Positions 51,272-54,276 of a stretch of DNA of 54,276 nt are shown one piece after another. The DNA lies in the IMG/VR virus record IMGVR_UViG_3300029720_000017, one strand, 5' to 3'. Made by a program: the position numbers and the translations under genes. Numbering within the stretch: the first letter of the stretch is position 1; every line of letters begins with the position of its first letter. Under the pieces are notes generated by a model that had not been told where the DNA came from, searched no databases, and worked only from the letters and a program-made list of their open reading frames with translations. This DNA is from a virus.

Positions 51272-51934
51272 TTAGACCGCGGGAGAATACGAACAACCAC
51301 AGGTGTTGGCCGTATAGGGAGAGCAGGTGATGTACGCAGGACGCGCTACCGGCTGAAGCCGGTTGACCAGATACATGTTCTGGAGCAGCTGGCTGTTCTC
51401 GAACTTACTGTCCTGCAGCTTGTCACGCAGCTCCTGGATGGTGTTAGCGGTCATCATAGCGCGGGTCGCATCACCATCAGCCTTGATTGCATTGACGATG
51501 TCACAGGTGTTGCGAGCGTTCTCGTACTTGACGGAGTCAATGTTACGATTGGTCTCGCAGCAGCAGCTCTGCTGAGCGAACCGATTGTCAGAGAAGCCCT
51601 GAGCAATCTGGCTCTGCAGACTGTTCATGCCCTGAAGCATGGTAGTGTTCATGGCGTAGAAGCCATCACACAGACCATTGGACAGGCCACGTACACCGTT
51701 CTGCAGGTCGTTGAAGTTGAAGTCCTGGCACAAGTCAGCTCTGGTCAGAGCACCCTGAGCAGCCGCGCCGTTGCCGAAGCCGAAGCCACCGCCACCCCAC
51801 GCCAGCAGGAAGAACAGGAAGAAGACCCACACCCAAGTGCCACCGGCACCTCCAAACATGCTACCGTCGGTGTTGCGATTCTGGAGAGCCATGACATCAG
51901 CCACGGACATCCCACTACCAGTTTCCATACCCAT
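51272..51934 (-). CDS. membrane protein with a Gly-flanked TM segment and conserved Cys motifs
   Basis: Contains GGAGGTWVWVFFLFFLLAWGGGGFGFG (YjcZ-like), then LCQDFNFNDL, LCDGFYAMN, SCCCETN and a C-terminal CSPYTANTCGC. Confidence 0.6.
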   Translation of the reverse strand: MGMETGSGMSVADVMALQNRNTDGSMFGGAGGTWVWVFFLFFLLAWGGGGFGFGNGAAAQGALTRADLCQDFNFNDLQNGVRGLSNGLCDGFYAMNTTMLQGMNSLQSQIAQGFSDNRFAQQSCCCETNRNIDSVKYENARNTCDIVNAIKADGDATRAMMTANTIQELRDKLQDSKFENSQLLQNMYLVNRLQPVARPAYITCSPYTANTCGCSYSPAV

Positions 51935-51963
51935 TGTAGATACCTCCTTGTTAAAATTTTATC

Positions 51964-52179
51964 TCAACCCAGCGGGAACTGGGATTGAAACTGAGCCCAC
52001 ATCTGGTCAAAGTCCAGACCTCTCTGCTTACAGAGATTCATACAGGTCTGCTTGAGCTGCTCCGGGGATTTACCCTGAGCCATCTGCTGTGCCTGACGGA
52101 ACATAGGATTAGAGCCAAACTGCTTGGACATAAAGGACATGGGATTCATCATAGCACCCATCATCTGGAACGGATTCAC
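51964..52179 (-). CDS. small Met/Gln-rich protein
   Basis: GTG start 8 nt after AGGAGGG, with a GTGA overlap. Sequence MNPFQMMGAMMNPMSFMSKQFG... Confidence 0.5.
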   Translation of the reverse strand: MNPFQMMGAMMNPMSFMSKQFGSNPMFRQAQQMAQGKSPEQLKQTCMNLCKQRGLDFDQMWAQFQSQFPLG

Positions 52180-52643
52180 TGTTTATTCCCTCCTTTCAGC
52201 TTCTGCTCAATCTTAGAGAGCTTTTCCGTCAGCCCCTGTACCGCTGCATTAAAGTCCTCCTCCCGGACGTATCCTGACAGGTCAACGGTCTGCGGAGAGG
52301 CCTCGACGGGCTTTGCTACCGGGGTGTCTACACTGTACCGCTGGAAGATGATGTTGCCATCAAGACCGAGCTGCTTAGTGTAGATTTTGCCATGCGCCTT
52401 GTCAGGGAACACAAACAGAGACCCATCGAAGTCAATCATGGCGGCATTGGCCTCCTCCTCGTTGGATACCGGTCTACCCTTGAGGATAGGAGCCGCAGGG
52501 GTCTGAGGCTGCTGAGGCGGTTGCTGAGGGAAACTGTTACCCATCTGAGGGTACTGAGCCTCCATCATCTGAAGCCTCTGCTGAGCGCTTTGCATGGCCG
52601 GATTGTTGTACGGATAGGGAGTCATAGGTGCCATAGGATACAT
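52176..52643 (-). CDS. Pro/Gln-rich protein, hypothetical
   Basis: AGGAGGT RBS. The N-terminal P/Q/M-rich ~55 aa are followed by a globular part and a C-terminal coiled-coil. First gene of the six-gene module. Confidence 0.6.
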   Translation of the reverse strand: MYPMAPMTPYPYNNPAMQSAQQRLQMMEAQYPQMGNSFPQQPPQQPQTPAAPILKGRPVSNEEEANAAMIDFDGSLFVFPDKAHGKIYTKQLGLDGNIIFQRYSVDTPVAKPVEASPQTVDLSGYVREEDFNAAVQGLTEKLSKIEQKLKGGNKQ

Positions 52644-52677
52644 AGAAATTACCTCCTGTCTGGTATATTCTACCTCT

Positions 52678-52740
52678 ATTATACCTCGTCTGAATTGGCA
52701 GGAGTATACTAAAAGTATTCGTCAAGAATACTAAAAGTAT
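52678..52740 (-). promoter_or_regulatory. promoter lacking a -35 (TATAAT only), with two ATACTAAAAGTAT palindromes upstream
   Basis: attata at 52678-52683. At the -35 position the sequence reads TACTCC. Palindrome cores lie at 52706-52718 and 52728-52740. Confidence 0.55.
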
Positions 52741-52751
52741 AATTTTGGGCA

Positions 52752-52785
52752 TAAAAAGAACACCACCCTGTATAGAGTGGTGTTC
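52752..52785 (-). terminator. intrinsic terminator after the sigma-like gene
   Basis: Stem gaacaccac/gtggtgttc (9 bp) followed on the minus strand by TTTTTAT. Confidence 0.7.
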
Positions 52786-52790
52786 CTTAT

Positions 52791-53021
52791 TTAGAAAAGT
52801 TTGGACAGCTTGGAGAGAGCTTTGACGTGTCTTTTCTTGATTGTGATTTCCGCATATCCAAGTGTATCACCGATGTAGCGGAAGTCCTTGCCTTTGAGGT
52901 AGTGGAGCCTCAATATCTCCTTGTCCTCATCCGATAGGGTGGATTCGTTCAACAGGTCATCGAAGCGTCTCACACTTGGGATAGCCTCAAGGCGTTTCCT
53001 TGTATCAAGGTGAGTGCTCAA
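52791..53021 (-). CDS. sigma-70 region-4-like HTH protein (76 aa), candidate transcription regulator
   Basis: TTG start 6 nt after AAGGGGTG. LSDEDKEILRLHYLKGKDFRYIGDTLGYAEITIKKRHVKALSKL is a region 4.2-type HTH. Confidence 0.65.
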   Translation of the reverse strand: MSTHLDTRKRLEAIPSVRRFDDLLNESTLSDEDKEILRLHYLKGKDFRYIGDTLGYAEITIKKRHVKALSKLSKLF

Positions 53022-53103
53022 TCAAAACACCCCTTACTTGTACCGGCCACAGGTGGGGCAGCGACTCTGTCCCTTACCTGTACTCTTGCCTCCGATACCT
53101 GTT

Positions 53104-53520
53104 TTACCCGAGGGACTCGACTTCGTCACTGAGGCTCCCTTGCTCGGGCTGTATGTTCTGGTTCTCGTTGTTGTCACTGTTATGGTCTGCTTCGCCATAG
53201 TTTACCTCCTCAGAATTGCCTTGGACGTATTTGGCACTCTCACCAGATTGGAAAACGTTGTTACCGCTACCCTCTCCGGTGTCTTGCTCAACTGTCGTTG
53301 TAACCGTTTCAGTTGTGGTCATGTTCTTCTCGTACTGCACAAATATGATGCAGATAACGAGGTTGACCAGTATACTGACGATGAGAATCAACCGCAGCCA
53401 GAAGTCCTCGCGCCGCTTTGATTCCAGCATGGTCATCACGATGTGGTTGAGAGCTATGCTTTGGTCAAGGGCGTCTTCTTCAGTCTTCATGGTTTCCAAG
53501 TCCTGGATAGGAATGTCCAT
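53104..53520 (-). CDS. XhlA-like membrane protein with a long hydrophilic tail
   Basis: ATG at 53520 lies 9 nt after AGGAG. A helical N-terminus is followed by FWLRLILIVSILVNLVICIIF, comparable to XhlA ..W.LRLI.. plus TM. Confidence 0.45.
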   Translation of the reverse strand: MDIPIQDLETMKTEEDALDQSIALNHIVMTMLESKRREDFWLRLILIVSILVNLVICIIFVQYEKNMTTTETVTTTVEQDTGEGSGNNVFQSGESAKYVQGNSEEVNYGEADHNSDNNENQNIQPEQGSLSDEVESLG

Positions 53521-53833
53521 GCATTTCAACTCCTGTCTGTTTGATATAGTTCAGAATCTCAATGAGTACATCGTGCGTATTGTTGAGGTCACTGAGATTG
53601 TGGAACAGCGTTTTAATCTGCTCTTCATGAGAGTTGACCAAAAGGGCGAGGCTCTGCTGGCTGTTCTTTATCTCTTTGACATCGGTTTTCAACTCTGCAA
53701 TACCGGCTACTGCTTGATTGAGCTTTTGTACGACCTCGCCGTCGGCTTTGGCACGGCTGTTCATACCCACAACAAAGGTTGCAATACCAATCACACAGGC
53801 AATGATACTACAGATGAACAAAGTTGTCTCCAT
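53480..53833 (-). CDS. N-terminally anchored coiled-coil protein with an XhlA-like motif
   Basis: TM segment LFICSIIACVIGIATFVVG, then ELKTDVKEIKNSQQSL (compare XhlA ELKNDVKEIKDDL). AAAGGAGGA RBS. Confidence 0.45.
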   Translation of the reverse strand: METTLFICSIIACVIGIATFVVGMNSRAKADGEVVQKLNQAVAGIAELKTDVKEIKNSQQSLALLVNSHEEQIKTLFHNLSDLNNTHDVLIEILNYIKQTGVEMHGHSYPGLGNHED

Positions 53834-53865
53834 AGGTATTGTCCTCCTTTCTTCAGTTTTACCCT

Positions 53866-53894
53866 ATTATACTCCTCTGAAACGGAAAAGTAAA
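53866..53894 (-). promoter_or_regulatory. promoter for the XhlA-like/sigma-like unit (TTTACT-N17-TATAAT)
   Basis: agtaaa at 53889-53894 and attata at 53866-53871. Confidence 0.7.
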
Positions 53895-53918
53895 GGGGAA
53901 TTTTCGCTTTGGAAAGGA

Positions 53919-54101
53919 TTACAGTGGGGACATTTCGTTAGGCTTTTCAGTGGAGTACACTTCTCCTATAAGAGAAGACAGCTCCGTGTACTGGTCGTCC
54001 GTGATGCGCCCCACGGCGTAAAACACGTCGCACTTCTGCTGTGCCTCTTCACGGGTCTTGTAAAACCGCTTGTTGATGAGCTTCGTCATAATGTTATACA
54101 T
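53919..54101 (-). CDS. XkdX-like small protein
   Basis: 60 aa. DVFYAVGRITDDQYTELSSLI resembles the XkdX family (..G.IT.EEY..IT). It follows gene 7-273 across the junction. Confidence 0.45.
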   Translation of the reverse strand: MYNIMTKLINKRFYKTREEAQQKCDVFYAVGRITDDQYTELSSLIGEVYSTEKPNEMSPL

Positions 54102-54110
54102 AGTCGTTCT

Positions 54111-54276
54111 CCTTTCTTAACCGATAGTGTCCATATCCGCCTGATAGATGGTTTCCACAGCCTCGCCCAGCTGCTGCGTCAGGCTGTCTATCTCGTTGTT
54201 GGCTTCCTCCAGTGCCGTCAGCACCTCTTTGCCGTCACGGTAGAACTTGCCCTCCGTGTACGTGTCACCCATGCCC
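54111..54276. repeat. terminal overlap copy 2, identical to 1-166
   Basis: Same as copy 1. It duplicates the 3' 160 nt of the CDS at 7-273. Confidence 0.95.

Noticed and set aside
53022-53103. Direct repeat cccttac(t/c)tgtac at ~53031 and ~53071, upstream of the sigma-like gene, as a regulatory element.
   Set aside because: There are only two short imperfect copies in an 80-bp spacer. This is too little evidence to separate it from chance.

Overview
The window is a complete, circularly closed dsDNA phage genome of about 54.11 kb: bases 1-166 are repeated exactly at 54111-54276. The tail is siphovirus-type, with a tape measure, Dit, a major tail protein and G/T chaperones. The gene content points to a Gram-positive, probably spore-forming Clostridia-like host: Dp-1-type holin, SPP1-type portal, PBSX-type terminase, and RemA, Spo0A and SleB homologues.

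There are four transcription blocks.
1. A minus-strand late block runs from 24006 down to 7 and continues across the junction to 54101-53919. It holds terS, DUF4417, an L27-mimic protein, terL, portal, holin plus endolysin, a MuF-ADP-ribosyltransferase fusion, and a self-contained moron with an ADP-ribosylglycohydrolase. These are followed by scaffold, decoration and E-type capsid genes, connectors, major tail protein, G/T chaperone, tape measure, Dit, a Gp37-like protein and a mosaic fibre cluster.
2. A short minus-strand unit (53833-52791) has its own consensus promoter and terminator. It encodes two XhlA-like membrane proteins and a 76-aa sigma region-4-like HTH protein.
3. A minus-strand six-gene module of unknown function (52643-49951) sits behind a promoter that has no -35 element but carries two palindromic sites.
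4. A plus-strand early/middle block (24962-49675) is driven by a family of near-identical TTTACT-N17-TATAAT promoters. It contains many small ORFs, RemA and receiver-less Spo0A homologues, a candidate DNA base-hypermodification gene set, primase-helicase, family A DNA polymerase, tRNA-Asn, a Cas4-like nuclease, Sak4-like ATPase, DUF669, VRR-NUC and an SNF2 helicase.

I saw no integrase, CI-like repressor, transposase, rRNA or CRISPR array. All functional calls rest on motifs I recognise by eye, with no database search. Coordinates of starts other than the ORF-track starts were chosen from RBS spacing.
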